A DNA stretch of 64,000 bases, from the NCBI GenBank assembly GCA_973895155.1, contig OZ316891.1, positions 9,425,875 through 9,489,874 of the forward strand, read 5' to 3'. Shown here in pieces: positions 27,814-41,037 of this stretch; position 1 is the first letter of the stretch; each line of letters starts with the position of its first letter. The stretch is from Marsupella aquatica (taxonomy: Eukaryota; Plantae; Marchantiophyta). A program made the translations under genes and the position numbers. The notes beneath the pieces were generated by a model that made no database searches, was not told where the DNA came from, and was given only the letters and a program-made list of their open reading frames with translations.

Positions 27814-29484
27814 CCAGCGTTTTCTTGTGGCCAAACTATTAGCTGCATCAGATTCCATGTATCTAAAAAGTCTAAAATTTGCTGGCTTTTTTGCTTCCAT
27901 TAGCCTCCCACCTAGCCAGAGACCCATTTAGCCAGAATCTAACATCATCATGAAATCTAGAGAGATATGAGGGTAGGAAATTTCTCCAAGAAAAATATAT
28001 GAGGAGTTACCCCAATGCGGATGCGTTGCACAATATTATCAAAGAGTAAATGATGTTGAGGAAAAATGCTATGGAGCATAAGAGAGATGGTCAAGCAATC
28101 AGATTGCAAGGAATTATATAAGATTTCAAAGAGTGTGCAAGTTGCAAGGAGAACGTCCAAAAGAGGTGCACAGTGACACCTTTAGGGCCATCTTATGGTT
28201 AGGAAAATGGTGACCATAATCCAAGGACAGGGGAGTATTTTGATAGATACAAATAATACCACACTAGCGTCTTCTTCTCCTTACACAACGTGACATTAGC
28301 CAAATTTTGAGAAAGAACAACCTTAAAAAGGAGGCTCTATGGGACTGTGGGTGGAGGAGGGCAATGCAGGTGCTCGGGAGAGCCAGATGCCATTGCTCCT
28401 GTGGTGAAATTAAATTCATTATCGTGGTGCACTTTTAGAATAACTGTTGCTGCGAATGTGTGCGTCAGAATGTGTCTGACTGGGAGGCTACAGGACTCCA
28501 CTGTACTAGCTTGATAATAATTAGTGCACACTCTCTGCTCATTCTCGTCCTCTCTCGATCTATTTATGAATCAATCTTACCCACCACTCCACTCCACTCC
28601 ACTCGACCTCCCTGGGCGGTGGGATTCCCTGTACCTTCTTGGGATTTGGATGTTGAGGAGAATTTGATTATTGCCACACAAGTGCACCATCTTTTGCTAT
28701 GAGTAGTCGCTGGGTGGGTCACGGGGTGATCGTTGCAACGTCCTGCATGGATGAATTTCTCTCTTGTTCTTCTTCTCTAATTGGCTCCCACATTGGAGTT
28801 TCTGAATGAATTGGATCTCAGGGTCTTGACTGTCAGTCTAGTCTCATGCGTGGGAGCTCGTCTTGAATGTGAATGAAAGTTAGACATTGATTGACTGGTG
28901 GGTTGTCTCTCGTTTTTTATTCCCCTCTCCGTGTGCATTTGATTTGACTGTGCCATTTCTTTGTATCTATTCTCGAGCTCGAAATTCGCTCGCTATGTTA
29001 GCTTTTTGAAGACGTTGATTGCTCCCTTGCTCGCAGTCCTGCACACTGAAGTGTGTCTGCATTCATTCAACCGAGTACTTATTTTCAACTTTGCATCAGA
29101 GTCTTGCAGCTCTCCACTTTGTCTCTTTTTCTTTTTTGCCGCAGAGGTTCTTCTGTTTTTACCCCCAGCAATTTTTCTTTTTCTATGCATTCCTTGCGCT
29201 CGCTCCCGATCAATCGATCCTCTGTTTGAGCCATCTCCTTTATCTGCTGCAGCTTTCTGTGCCTGGTGCAGAAGCAATTGTCAATGGTGGCTCTGGTGGT
29301 TATCTGGGTCTTTCATGCTGGAGCATTGGCAACGAGGAGTTTACGGCAGGAGCAGAGGTTGATCTCCCAAGCACAGCATTGGCACTGCAGTGCGGTCTCG
29401 TTGGACTCTTAGCGGATGCAACAGGTGTGAAGAAGAGAAGGAGAACGCCAGGTGAGGAAGAGGACAGCAAAGACGATAATAACC

Positions 29485-30660
29485 ATGGCAGTGAGCGTCC
29501 AGATAGTAAGCAGAGAAGCATCGGAGCAGCTGTCGATGAAATACTTGGATTTGGCAACCGCACCCTCCCCAACTAGTGAGGCGGATGTCTCAGAGCTGAA
29601 AAGATTGTCCCTCCAGTCTTTTCTGACTTCAAATTACGCCAACTCACCACGTCGGAGGCTCTCGGTCGAGGATTTGAGCGAGAAAGCCAGTTCGGGCGGT
29701 GGTGGCCCAGTATTTGAATCGCGAAGTCGATCGAGAGAGCTCTACTCGGCCTCGAAATTGAACGGAGACTCGATTCTAATCTCACTGACTTCCCTCGGGG
29801 AAGACAGGTTAGGGTCCATGCTGCAATTGAGAAATTGCATGGCCACCCCCACTGAATTGATAAAGAAGAGCTGCGCAGGGTTGCCACGATCAAAGACCCA
29901 CCAAGAGATGAGCTGGAAGTATAAGGTGGGCTTCTCCTTCTCCTTCTCATCTTTTACCTTACTTTGTCATCGTCATTGCATTGCTCGATTATGTCTCCTT
30001 GAATGAGGGAGACAGTCCTGCTTCTATGTGCAAGCTTGGCCAAATCTTGATGAATTGGGACGAGAAGATAATTCGAGAAATTGAATGGGTGGTAGAAATG
30101 GTTCTAAAGGTCCAATGCTCCACGCGAATGGAAAGGTCTGTGACAGATGACTGATTAGACGACTAGAGCTCTACCTATCCGATTGGTTCACAGTAATTAC
30201 TCTCCATGCAGCCTATCATAGACTTCCGGTCTTCCATAACATAATGTGGGGATGGGATGGGATGGAACCTATAGCTACGGAAGTGCTTCCAGTTACTGAC
30301 CGTAGGATTGTTTTAACGACCTTTTTCATGTTCTAAGAAGGTCTCGATTGGCCCACAAACATCATTCTAAGAACTTCCCCAAAACTAATAGCAGTATTGA
30401 GAAGCGCTGGAGCTTGTACATTTTCGTCATTAAAACAGACAGTAAGCACTTTCACTCTATTTCAGATTTAAAGATTTAGAGCCGAAGCTTGAATTTGAAT
30501 TCTGTTGAGCGAATGTAGTCGTTGAAGTTTCTTGTATCAGTATCTCTTCTCCTGGGCACCCCCGTGCTGCACCGAACAGTACGCCGCGTTGTGATGTTCA
30601 TCACCGCTTCGGATAGTTTGTGCTCTCTTGCCTGTTGTCATCGCACAGGCAATGCGCTAG
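29485..30660 (+). CDS. Hypothetical ~150-aa Ser-rich protein (2 coding exons)
   Basis: Start codon is in strong context (accATGg). Exon 29485-29925 ends AAG|GTGGG and is followed by pyrimidine-rich intron sequence. A candidate acceptor tcgcacag| leads to GCA ATG CGC TAG (30649-30660). Family not recognised. Confidence 0.55.
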
Positions 30661-33600
30661 AAAGTCCCGTTTGGGTGTTCTCTTGCTCGTAACCACGGGT
30701 AGCGACTGTGGTAAAAATTCCCATGCTTTTGCTCTGCTTTTAGATGCACTCCAGAAGTTTACATTCAGCACCGCAAAGTGCGCATTTCCTTTCTTATCAT
30801 CAAACGGACAAATCCTGCAAGCACCGAAAGGGAATGTAGGTTCTGTTGCTCATCACCACGGGCAACTCAATTCTCCATCACTGTCAGAAGATGGCGCAGC
30901 CGAGATTCCGCAAGTGCATGGAATTCTTGCCCTCCCTTCCGACCCAATGGCAACGGACCCACAACGATATCTGAACAGAAGGGGTGTGAACGTACTCCTT
31001 TTGAGGATCCTATGACATTGTTGCGAAACCATCCACTCAACTCGTGAGGCTGCCGTTCCAACGGCCTCAGGGATGCCACTACTCTTATAAAGGCTCTTGT
31101 CTTGCTCTAGCAGAAATCAGTCGACAGGGCTGTAAAGATAAAATTTCCACCGAAGTTTGCGGTGGATAGGACATGCACTGAGGCAAGAATACAAGAAGGT
31201 CAAAACCATCACCCAAAAGATTGATTTGCGTCACTAGTCCGAAAACTATGGAGTCCGCAGAGGGGAAGAGCCGGTGCGTAGATTCCTGCAATCACTCTGG
31301 CCTCACACTGCCAGTGGCTGGTACAGAGAAACTCAGATGCACGACTTTAGTTCGTGGATATACTTATCCCATTCTCAACGTTTCGCAAAGAAGGACGAGA
31401 ACACCTGTTAGCAGCATTTGTTTGCATGATCAATGAATTTTAATGGCAGTAATTGGCAAGGTGATTTGGTAAGGCTCTGAAATCAGTAACTGGATGAGTG
31501 AGTGAAGATCCGCTTGAGCTGTCAAAGCCATACTTTTGCCAAGCTATCGTTGATGGAAAATTTGCTGGCTAATATTTCTCTCTCTGGTAGCCTCATAGTC
31601 CATTTCCTCCCCTATTGACTGACTAGACCCACCGGGTTTTGGTTGCAGTTGTTCTACCTGTGTGGTGTTTCAAATATCGACATGGTTGACAACTACGTTT
31701 CGCTTCCGAGGTACGATGTAAACACGACTATATAGAGGTCACTTCACTCGTTTATAGAAGTCTTTTCAGTCGGCACACGGCTTGTATGCTTAGCTCCTTC
31801 GATTTCATTCATCAGACTAGCTCGAACATCCTGGGAAAGTACCAGGCGACTCTGTCGAACGCTAGTTTCTCTTGACACAGTGATGGATTTGTAGACGTGG
31901 CCCATCAAGTCATCATCATTTCCGTGCTCAGATGCGATACCCTTCCAGTATTGTGATCGTACTGAACTTCCTCTACTTTTGTGGCATGTAGGTCTCTCAG
32001 CCAAGGGAGTAGAAGTGCCGGCTCTTAGAGCTCGAGAGACTGGAGCTTCACCTGCCTTCCTCTGAATTTGATCTGGGGCTTGCCGGTATGCCAGCATCCA
32101 CGACTTAGTGATGCTGCTCGTGGTCGTCGCTGACTACATGCTGTCGCCAATCTAACAGAATCATCATACTCTAAAATCGCGACGTACATTGCATTGTATA
32201 CAGCCAAGCTTTCGTAGTAGTAGACTTGGCAAAGCTAATTCGGTCACCATAGGACCGGCCTCCCTACCCAAACTACACTTGCTCACACCCAAAGAGGACA
32301 CAGGTTTTGGTGAAGATAAGCTTTCTTCAAACGAGAGCTGTCCCAGGTAGAAGAAAATTCAGCGTAGTGAATGCCAGCTATGATGACCAATCAGTTTCAA
32401 TGAACTCGTTAAAGTAATGTTGATGTGTTAGATGTAGAATCTAGAGTAGTCGGCAAGGACTCTCTGCACCACTGCTCTGTGTGGAGAGAAACAGCATGGA
32501 ACACTTACGGGAGATGGATGAAAGTCTGAAACCTTGAGAAGATGACCCTTCTACAGGTTCGACCAGTCAAGAGCTCAACTGCATTACCAATTGGATAATG
32601 AAGCTATTTCGCAATGTCTCGGATTTCCAGAGGGCTGCATTACTCAAGGTTTGGAATGTAGGATGTCGGAATATGAGATTGTTTTCATCCCTCTTAACAT
32701 TCAATTGCTAATTAAAAAATTCCCTCACAGTTATGTTGGGCTACGTTGCGTGAACCGTGGTTAGCTTGGGTAAAGATGTTTCTTTGAAATCTCGACGCAA
32801 ACTCGTCATCTTTGATCTGTGATCATAGCGTTGGTGGTTCCACCGGTGCATTGCGTTCATGGAGATGGCACCTCCGAGTCGAGCATGATACAAATAAACT
32901 TAGGATCACGGGTACAAGTCGCTGTTATTACTCTGGAATGCAATTTGCCTGGTGATTTTTCGTTCCATTTATTGACATGACCCCAAGTAATTGGAGAGTA
33001 TCTAGGAGCAGTAAGTTAGCTATTCTTGCAGTGGCGATAGAGTCTGAGGCCCTCTGAAGAATTTGAAAAGTTGGAGGATTAATTATTGAGCAAAATATGG
33101 AAAGGAAGAGATTTTAAGGTAGACTTCAAATGTGTTGTAGTACGCTCGTTGGTACGGCAGGACATATACATGATCAGTCACTGTGGTTTTTGAAAACCGA
33201 GATAAATTCCAAACGTATTCTGGTGTTCTCGTTGCACATCCCATCAGCAAGTCAGGTCGACCATTTCCGTGATGTTCATTGAACACTGGCAGCAGCCCTC
33301 GTCAGCCAGCCTTCCATTATACAATTCCAAACCAAATATAAAATATGACATGACAGTATTATTCTGTTCACCAGTCCTTAGGGACTAGCTATTTAGCAAA
33401 ACTAATTGACAGTATAGATAAAGTGCAGGAAGGTTGTCAATTCTGATCTTTCACGACTTTCTAATTGGACTAACAACGAGATTGAACATGATACTTCCAA
33501 TGGATGGAAGCTATATATGCGCGTTGTATTGATCATGTTACATGCAAGAAATTTCGTGTCTGAGTGCACACGCCAAGGTTCCACAACCTGGCATGCTCAT

Positions 33601-34011
33601 CTTCAATTCATGACAGTGATCCGAAAAGAGTCCGATTTTAATTTTCATCATCAGCATCTACTTCTATTCACATGGCTTTCTATGCCACATATACTTGCTA
33701 CGACAGATACCTGAATGTACCTGAATGAATTTCTAACAAAATTGGTTCCCGAATATGTAGTGCCGCCAATAATTCGGTAAACCACATCCCAGCTGTGGTA
33801 TGCCCAGAGGAGAGATGATAGCCGTAAGACTAAGTCCTTTTCACTGATTGATAGCATCTCCTTTATGAGTTTTTCAACCTTCTTAAGTAATAGCCAGTGT
33901 TCTTTCTTCAGTGCGATGCAAGCCCGGCATTCTGTGCAACGTTTTGTTGATCATACCTCAAGCTCTGCGGAGCAATGTGAAGAGAGAATTTCGGAATTAA
34001 AAAAGTGTTGT

Positions 34012-37000
34012 TCACCTCCGTGGTTTCCATATGTCCCTTTCTTCATCAGAGAGTACGGTATCGTACTCCTCATTGTCCATACTATAAGGGTCTACTTCGT
34101 CTGAGGAGTCGCTGTTACCGTCTCCATCGGCAGCAAACTCTTCGTCGTCTTCTTCAGGATAGTCATTATTTGGATTGTTCTCATCTGCTCAAGCAAATAA
34201 ACTTCAAGGTCAATACATAAGACGGCATTAAATTTCCCTTGCCTGTGTAGAAACTTTAGATGTAAGACAACTAAGTCGGTGGATCCTTTTCTGCAACCCT
34301 TTCATCAACCAGTTCAATTTGGAAAAGTACTGGCACAATGGGATCATGCTAAAGATGTCCAATCACATGACCAATAACGCGAGAATATAGTAAGTAGAGT
34401 CTGACCATTAGAATCTTCACTGTCATAATCTGGATCCCTTGCTTCCTTCCAATCTTGGTTATCATCAGCCATTAACTGTATTCTGCATGCATATATCATA
34501 AAAGATATTTATTCTCGGAGTCAGGTGAGCAAGCAGGAACTTCGATCCTGTGAAGGGTTTCCATTGCTCGTTGAAGATTAACTTGACCAACTTTGAGAAT
34601 AGATCGGATGGGGCATCGTCCCACAGTGCTCGGAAATGACCATTTTTGAGTTGAAATAGGAAAGATATCTAATCGTAAGAACATTCCCAGCTCTCTAGGT
34701 CTATTTTGATCCAAGTCCGTGAAGATAAACCTCTTCCTTTCCTGGATAGGCCACTGAAAAGATGCCATGATGACAAAGCCTAACATGGATGAGATTTCCC
34801 CAGTCTCATACCGTATAAAGCAACAAAAGTCCACTCCAAATCCCTGACAACATTAAACACCAAGTCAAGGTCTAATTTCAGTTCATATCAACCGTTTCAA
34901 AGATACAACGAAAGTGGGACAACTTACGTGGGATAATTGGTTTCACCCTGTTTGCTGTCCTCCGTCTCGTCATCCAATGTATACACATCATAGACATAAT
35001 CGTCTGCAAGAATCCAAAGAGTCATATTTTCTGCTTGCAAATAACTCCCTCAGATATCAATGAGAATTTGATAATTTCTCATGACCAAAACGAACATCGG
35101 CACGATGACAGAAACAGCGCTTCAAAGTGCTTGGCCTGGCGGCAGGAATGACAACCCCAGGTCTTTGCTTCAAGCCTGTAAACCTACATATGCGGTGTTT
35201 GTGGGTCCACTTAAGGTACCAAACACAACTCAATTAGAAGAAAGGAAAAATCTGCAAAGGAGCTAGGAGAGTGAGGTCATACTTGAACTGGGGGACGCCT
35301 CTTCTCCATCATCTATCTGAGAAGGGTGAGATGAAACAGCCTCTATTTCAGCCGCAACATCTGGTAGGACCTCTCTCAATAACGGTAGATAATTGCACAG
35401 CAATTGGCCCTCTCTCAATTCTGCATCTCTGCCACACATGCTCATTCACATTACTTCAGTTGCTTGAAGCAGTTTTGTAAAGGATTAATGGTCGAAGAAT
35501 CATGAGAGAAAATTGCAATTCTTAGTTGCAGCATGTCTCAAATATTTCCAGGAGAAGAAAATCAAATAGAGTCCCAAAAGGGCAGGCGGGTAGAAGAGAA
35601 AAACAACAGTTTTGGCTTTTGGTCTTCATTTAAAACTCCCCTAATAAAAGCAATGAACCAATTTCTGACCTCTTTGCTTGCTTCCGCCTATCTCTCTTTG
35701 CTGCACTTTCTGTGTCTACGTTAACATGCACCACATCAAATAGATGAAAGAGCTCTTGCATGGGATCTTCGTCCTCTTTTTTCCTTCCGTCTCTCCTTCG
35801 ACTTCGCCATACTTGCTCGAAACGGGCTGTTCTCGCATGCACCTAAGACATGGGCAACATATAGATACTAAGGCCTGTTATATACATACAAAATCTCTAT
35901 TAACACTATCTGAGAACCGACAAGATGTCCTGTTGATTACAGTAGAGCCTTTACTCAGGGGGCCCGTGACTTGATACGCTAGGAAGGGACTGCCCGCTGT
36001 AGAACACTACTTGCAAAGGGCCGATGCTGACTCCATAAACCCTAAACCCTAAACTGTTGTACGGCTAAGAGAACTCCAAATTTCGAGCGATACCCTTAGT
36101 ACCAACAAAAGACCGCTGGTGTCATACAAAGTAAAGGCATAAGGCAGGACATCTGGCTTGGCTAAAGTGAAGACAACAAGCTTTCCCACCAATTCTTCTT
36201 CCACAAGTTATATCCATCCGTAGACACTAAAAAGAAGAATAATGAAGAGAAAGAGCGGTCACATGGAAAGGCCACGATAGCCCACGCAATAGCAACTAGA
36301 TCACCCAATACAATTTGCGTACCCTCACCTCACGGTGCTCCTTAGCAGCAGCCAAAAGTTGCACTTGCTTTTCCTGTGAGGATACAGACCATTGAACAGT
36401 TCTCACCAGTATATTCAGATATACAGTAATTAATGTCATGGTAATTATTGAAGTTCAACTAACAATAAAGATACAAGAACCAAAAAAGCGACACAAAACC
36501 CTGTGCTGAAGTTGAACCAGATGATCTTCGGCTCAATTAGCAACAACAGGCATGATGTACATACCTTAGTGTTTCTTGTTTGCCTTGGTTCTTGCTTTTC
36601 ACGTGACCTTTTCTTATCCTTTACTTTCTGTTGCGCGTCGTCAAACATGTACACAATTTAGAGGAGTCATGGTGACATAAGGGAATACTCTGTGCAGTAC
36701 TAAGATCGGTATCTCATCCAAAAACAGCACAATTTCAAGTTTCTCTACACGCTTTTGCCAACTTATGGACAAAACAAAACTCTTCAACTGTGGAGAAGGC
36801 GATATTACCAGAATGAATTCAGGAAGCGAGAGCTCTTTGACTGCGGACGGACTCAAGGTATCCACCCGTCTAAAGAGCAACTTCGAAGAAGTTCCTGCAT
36901 CTGATGATTTCAGATGTATTTGCAATGGCAAGACATTAGTAAACTAGTAATGCAGAAAGGTGAGGGACACATCATCAAATCATCTCCACACTGGCTAGTC

Positions 37001-37676
37001 TCATTAGGATTAACAGTCTACCCAGCACTTATTGGAAACTAATGGGACGACATCAACACAAGCAGATGTAGCATCGACTCAGAATACACCAAGCTGGCTG
37101 TAGTACATCTCACGAGACAAAGGCTCGCCTTACTTCTGAGCATCTACCAACAATTCGATCATCAAATGAAGTACCCAAGAGACGAAGCCCAATCACGCAC
37201 AAGCAGAAACAAGGGACATGAACCAGAACTATCGAATAGAAGATCAAAAGATTCTTTCTGACTATAAATGGTAAGACTATCAATGAAAGATGTTAGATAC
37301 CTTTTGGAGTTTTCGCAGTTGCATCACCCAGAGACAACTCAGCAAGATTTGGTTCATGTCGCTTTATGGGCCTGGACGTCACTTCCAACCCTGCTCATAC
37401 CACGATAAGTTATCAATCACCCGAATCAATTCTGGAACAGCCTATTTCACGATTTACAGTGAATCTACAAGTCCCGCCTTAGGAACTATCATTAAGGGAA
37501 TCAAGCTTATTCTCAACATAGGCAGGGACCCACTGGATTGATGCAGCTTGCTGTAATCAACAATCGAGGAAAAATTAAGTGAAAAGCAGAGCAAACTCAC
37601 AAAGGGAGTCAAATTGTACGTCATCGCGCTTTCTCTTTACTCGCAAAACCGTTTCCTTTCCTGTTCCTTGTCCCAT
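34012..37676 (-). CDS. RDM4: RNA-DIRECTED DNA METHYLATION 4 / DMS4, IWR1-family RNA polymerase-associated factor
   Basis: Ten exons splice in frame and give VLRVKRKR...WLEVTSRPIKR, ARFEQVWRSR, LFHLFDVVHV, LLCNYLPLLREVLPDVAAEIEA, DYVYDVY, DYDSEDSNDENNPNNDYPEEDDEE and an acidic tail. An upstream 21-nt exon (37992-38012, MSPISMQ) could extend the N-terminus in frame. Confidence 0.92.
36037..36052. promoter_or_regulatory. Telo-box-like (AAACCCT)2 in an RDM4 intron; a second tagggtttaggg lies at 37789-37800
   Basis: Sequence taaaccctaaaccctaaa. Function not shown. Confidence 0.35.
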
Positions 37677-38525
37677 CGCCGAGTGGACTTCGGCTTGGCT
37701 CTGAGCATCACGCATAACAAACAAACAGACAGACAAATCCTCGTAAGATGTTAACCTAAAGCAAGAAGGCTCACGGGAAACCTCATTCTAGGGTTTAGGG
37801 AAATCCCATTCAGGAAGACTTGCAGGACATCGAAGAAGGAAGCCAATGCACATTACTGAGAGATTGATCATATGACTTCGGAATAGGCAGGAATTAGAAC
37901 GCACTGAGAGATTGGTCATGTGAATTCGGAACAGAAGGGTATTAGAAGGCACCTATATGTGAATACTACAAATCAAATGCCAACCCCTCACCTGCATTGA
38001 GATCGGGGACATGCAGCACCTACAGGATTCGATACAAGCAGTTCTTACGGTCCGTTCCAGAGAGACTTTTGGACGAATGTAGTGACAATTTCAATTAGTG
38101 ACCTCTGCCAGTGGAATTAAATTCCATTAAAGGAAAGGTTTGAGACTCTCATTCCCAGATAAATTGCAGTAGATCAACAATATAATGATAGTCAACACAA
38201 ACAATATTATAAAACTACTGCTGTTCCTGGCCCACCACCTCTTAAACTGCACAACATGTCCTGTCTAGCCGCTCTCCACCTCACTCCCAACTCATCTCTC
38301 CCCTTGTCCAGCGCTGATCCCAATTTACTAAGATTCGCTTCCTTTCCTTTTCATTCATCCGTCCCGTTCGCTCTCCTCTTTCTACTCAAATTCTTTCTAC
38401 TCAAATGTTATCTGTATCCTTGAACCCAGATTCGCAACAACACATCGCCAGTTTGATCTTCGTGCCCACAAGTCTCAATAGCTCGGCATCACAATCACCT
38501 CAGAACTGCGTAATCTTTAAGATTT

Positions 38526-38657
38526 AAGAAGTCTTTAAGAAGTCAGCTTATGTTGAAGCAGACAATGCTAGTAAACTTCGTTATCTTATTCAAGAAGTCT
38601 TTAAGAAGTCAGCTTATGTTGAAGCAGACAATGCTAGTAAACTTCGTTATCTTATTC
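38526..38657. repeat. Perfect 66-bp tandem duplication upstream of RDM4
   Basis: aagaagtctttaagaagtcagcttatgttgaagcagacaatgctagtaaacttcgttatcttattc at 38526-38591 and 38592-38657. Confidence 0.97.
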
Positions 38658-40309
38658 CTCACGTGTATTAGGACCCTATTTTCACCAGTCTATAGTTAGC
38701 TCAAGTTTTGAGGGTGGCAACTTAAATATTATGGCCAGTCTGTCTATAGCCCCAGTTTCGAGGGACTATTCTTTCCGATAATGCCCTGGTAGCAAGGACC
38801 GAGTTAATACACTTTAATCCCTGAAAGATTTTTCCCTCCTACAATTTCTGTTCTCCTCAATTGGCACTTGAAGATGAAACCAAATTCCATGCAAGTCCAG
38901 CTTTACAACAAGTAGAGGAGAAATCTTGAAATGCCCAGCTACATCATTCTAGTGCTTGACTATTTTAACTTATTGAAAAAATACAGTGCCTCTGATGGGC
39001 ATTCTCTTCCATAAAGAACAGAGACATACAACCACAGGATTCTTTAAATAAATATAGATACATCAATTTTGAAGGGATTAAGAGAGTGAAGGAAATAGGG
39101 ATCTTGAAGATTAAAAAATAAAATTGAAGGGATTCACTTGGGCTGAATACAGACTCTCCTTATTTTTAACACTAGCCTGAATACCCATTCCTAGAACGCA
39201 AATAGAGATGAAGACCAAAAAAATCTTGCAAGAAAATAATCTATGGTATTTCCATCTCGTCGTTGCTAACCTTGTTTTTTGTCCACCCTCACTTTCAATC
39301 TTGTCCTTATTAAGAGTCACTATCAGTGTTTCCTTATTTGAAGTTATGGACTAGAGCCTTCACTCTAGACTATAGCCCCGACTATAGCCGGTGAAAGTAG
39401 CTTTGCATTGCGTTTTGTTAGTAAGATACTTGTCTCATATCTAGCCCAAGTTTTGAGAGGAGGCAAAGTCTCACACCCTCCAAGCCCAGATGACCAGATG
39501 ATTACCCTGTGATAATTGTGAACAAAATGATCTGATATTGTCAACAACACTACAAAGGAAAGATATTGGGCATGTTTTATTCCCTATTGGAGTTGGCTTT
39601 TGTTTCCTTCTAGAATTTTTATGTATAGTAAAGCCCTTTCAATAGGGCAGACATTGTTCTGGAGAAAGCCTGAGGACTCCAGGCCTGCTCGAAGTGCTTC
39701 TCCGGAGAAATGGCTCATGAAGGGGCTTTAAATTGCTTGGAGCCCGTCTCAGATTTTGTTTTTGGAATGTAAGTTTGGTAGCTAAAATCTGCCTAGGGTG
39801 TTTGCACATCTTCCCAAAGCATTACGCCACACTTAAAAATGTCCTTTCTAGGCAAAAAAGTAAACTAAAAGAAAATACATTAGGGGTTTACCAAGCAAGT
39901 AAACTACCATTCAGCCTATCCAATTGAAGTGAGCATCGCCAAATGTGTAAAATGACAAAAGGCTTACTTTTATAGTTTCCCAACATTCCAGCCCCCTAGA
40001 GAATATTGTATTGTACAGCACTTTGCAAAGGACCTGATAGCAAACCGGTCATTTATAGTATCTATGCCAGGTAATGGTCTGGGATACAATAGATTTAAGC
40101 TTGGGTATGGGTTGGCACAGTATGGATTTCTACTTGCAATAAGTTTTTGTAACTGGGCAACAACTTCCTGTGTCCTACTAGATTGCAGAGGGCAGGACTG
40201 CCGGCCTTGTGTTCTAAAACTGGGCCCGCAGACTGGTCTAGCAATACTTGCCGGGCCGAATCATAGACCGGTGGAATTGTTATTTTCAATAACTCTATTC
40301 ACAAGCAGG

Positions 40310-40890
40310 GTTTAGGACAATAACTGGAATAAGGGGTCAGATCTGTGACCAGATTGGCTGCTTTGAGGAAATGAGGGTAGCCTATCAGGCCGTCTGCCCT
40401 CTCCTCTCCTCTACCCCTTTCAATCCCTGTTAGATTTGGGCACATTACAATCAACTCACCCCAGTTTGGACGACAACCGGTATTGACAATGAGTAGTTAG
40501 GATACTAATTGCAGTGAGGGGTCAAGGGTGTGCTAGGGAGGCCTGCTGGGCAGACTAGAGGGCTATCCATAGAGGCTGCTTTGAGGAAAATTTCCTCTCT
40601 TTTGCTCCTTCAATCCTTTTCAGAATTGGGCATATTACAGTTTGCTCAGATCCATTTTGGAGGACAACTGTAGTGGGCCAGCTCAAACCTCTTTGTTTTG
40701 GCTCTGATCACGGTCACACATATTTTCCCAAAAGTATAGTGGTGGACTTGCAAATACATGGATTACCAGTTGTGACCAAAGTTGAAACTCATTTGTCTGG
40801 CTCGAGGATCTTTTGAGGCCTTTCATGTTGGAGATGCCTTATTGACAGGGATAATATAGGACACTAATTGCACCAACAGTTCAGGGCTAT
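40310..40890. repeat. Degenerate ~180-240-bp repeat array, left part
   Basis: Motifs ctaattgca, ggctgctttgaggaa and gatttgggcacattac..actcacccc..ttggaggacaa occur at ~40433 and ~40623 and are shared with 47700-48420. Confidence 0.8.
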
Positions 40891-40917
40891 GTTTCCTTTC
40901 TGAGCAAATGTGCAAAG

Positions 40918-41027
40918 TGTCAGAGTTTGAATGAGAATGAGTAGGTGTATAGTCATGAATGAGAGTACATATAGGGTAGTCGGATGACCGGCTGGTCCGG
41001 TCGTCCGGTCAGAGGTAGAGTCTAACA
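40918..41027 (-). repeat. 3' LTR (110 bp)
   Basis: tgtcagag...gtctaaca; differs from 47413-47522 at 2 positions. Confidence 0.96.
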
Positions 41028-41037
41028 CTCCCCTTTG
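41028..41037 (-). other. Polypurine tract
   Basis: Minus strand caaaggggag directly precedes the TGTTAG of the 3' LTR. Confidence 0.85.

Noticed and set aside
30620-33900. Additional protein-coding gene between the orphan gene and RDM4
   Set aside because: Only short ORFs with no consistent splice phase or recognisable motif; more likely UTR or intergenic sequence.
35270-35300. Possible GC donor in an RDM4 exon
   Set aside because: A canonical phase-compatible donor (TCAA|GTATGA) exists just downstream.
39655-39715. Structured ncRNA or tRNA-like fold
   Set aside because: Only short stems, with no tRNA A/B boxes or cloverleaf.
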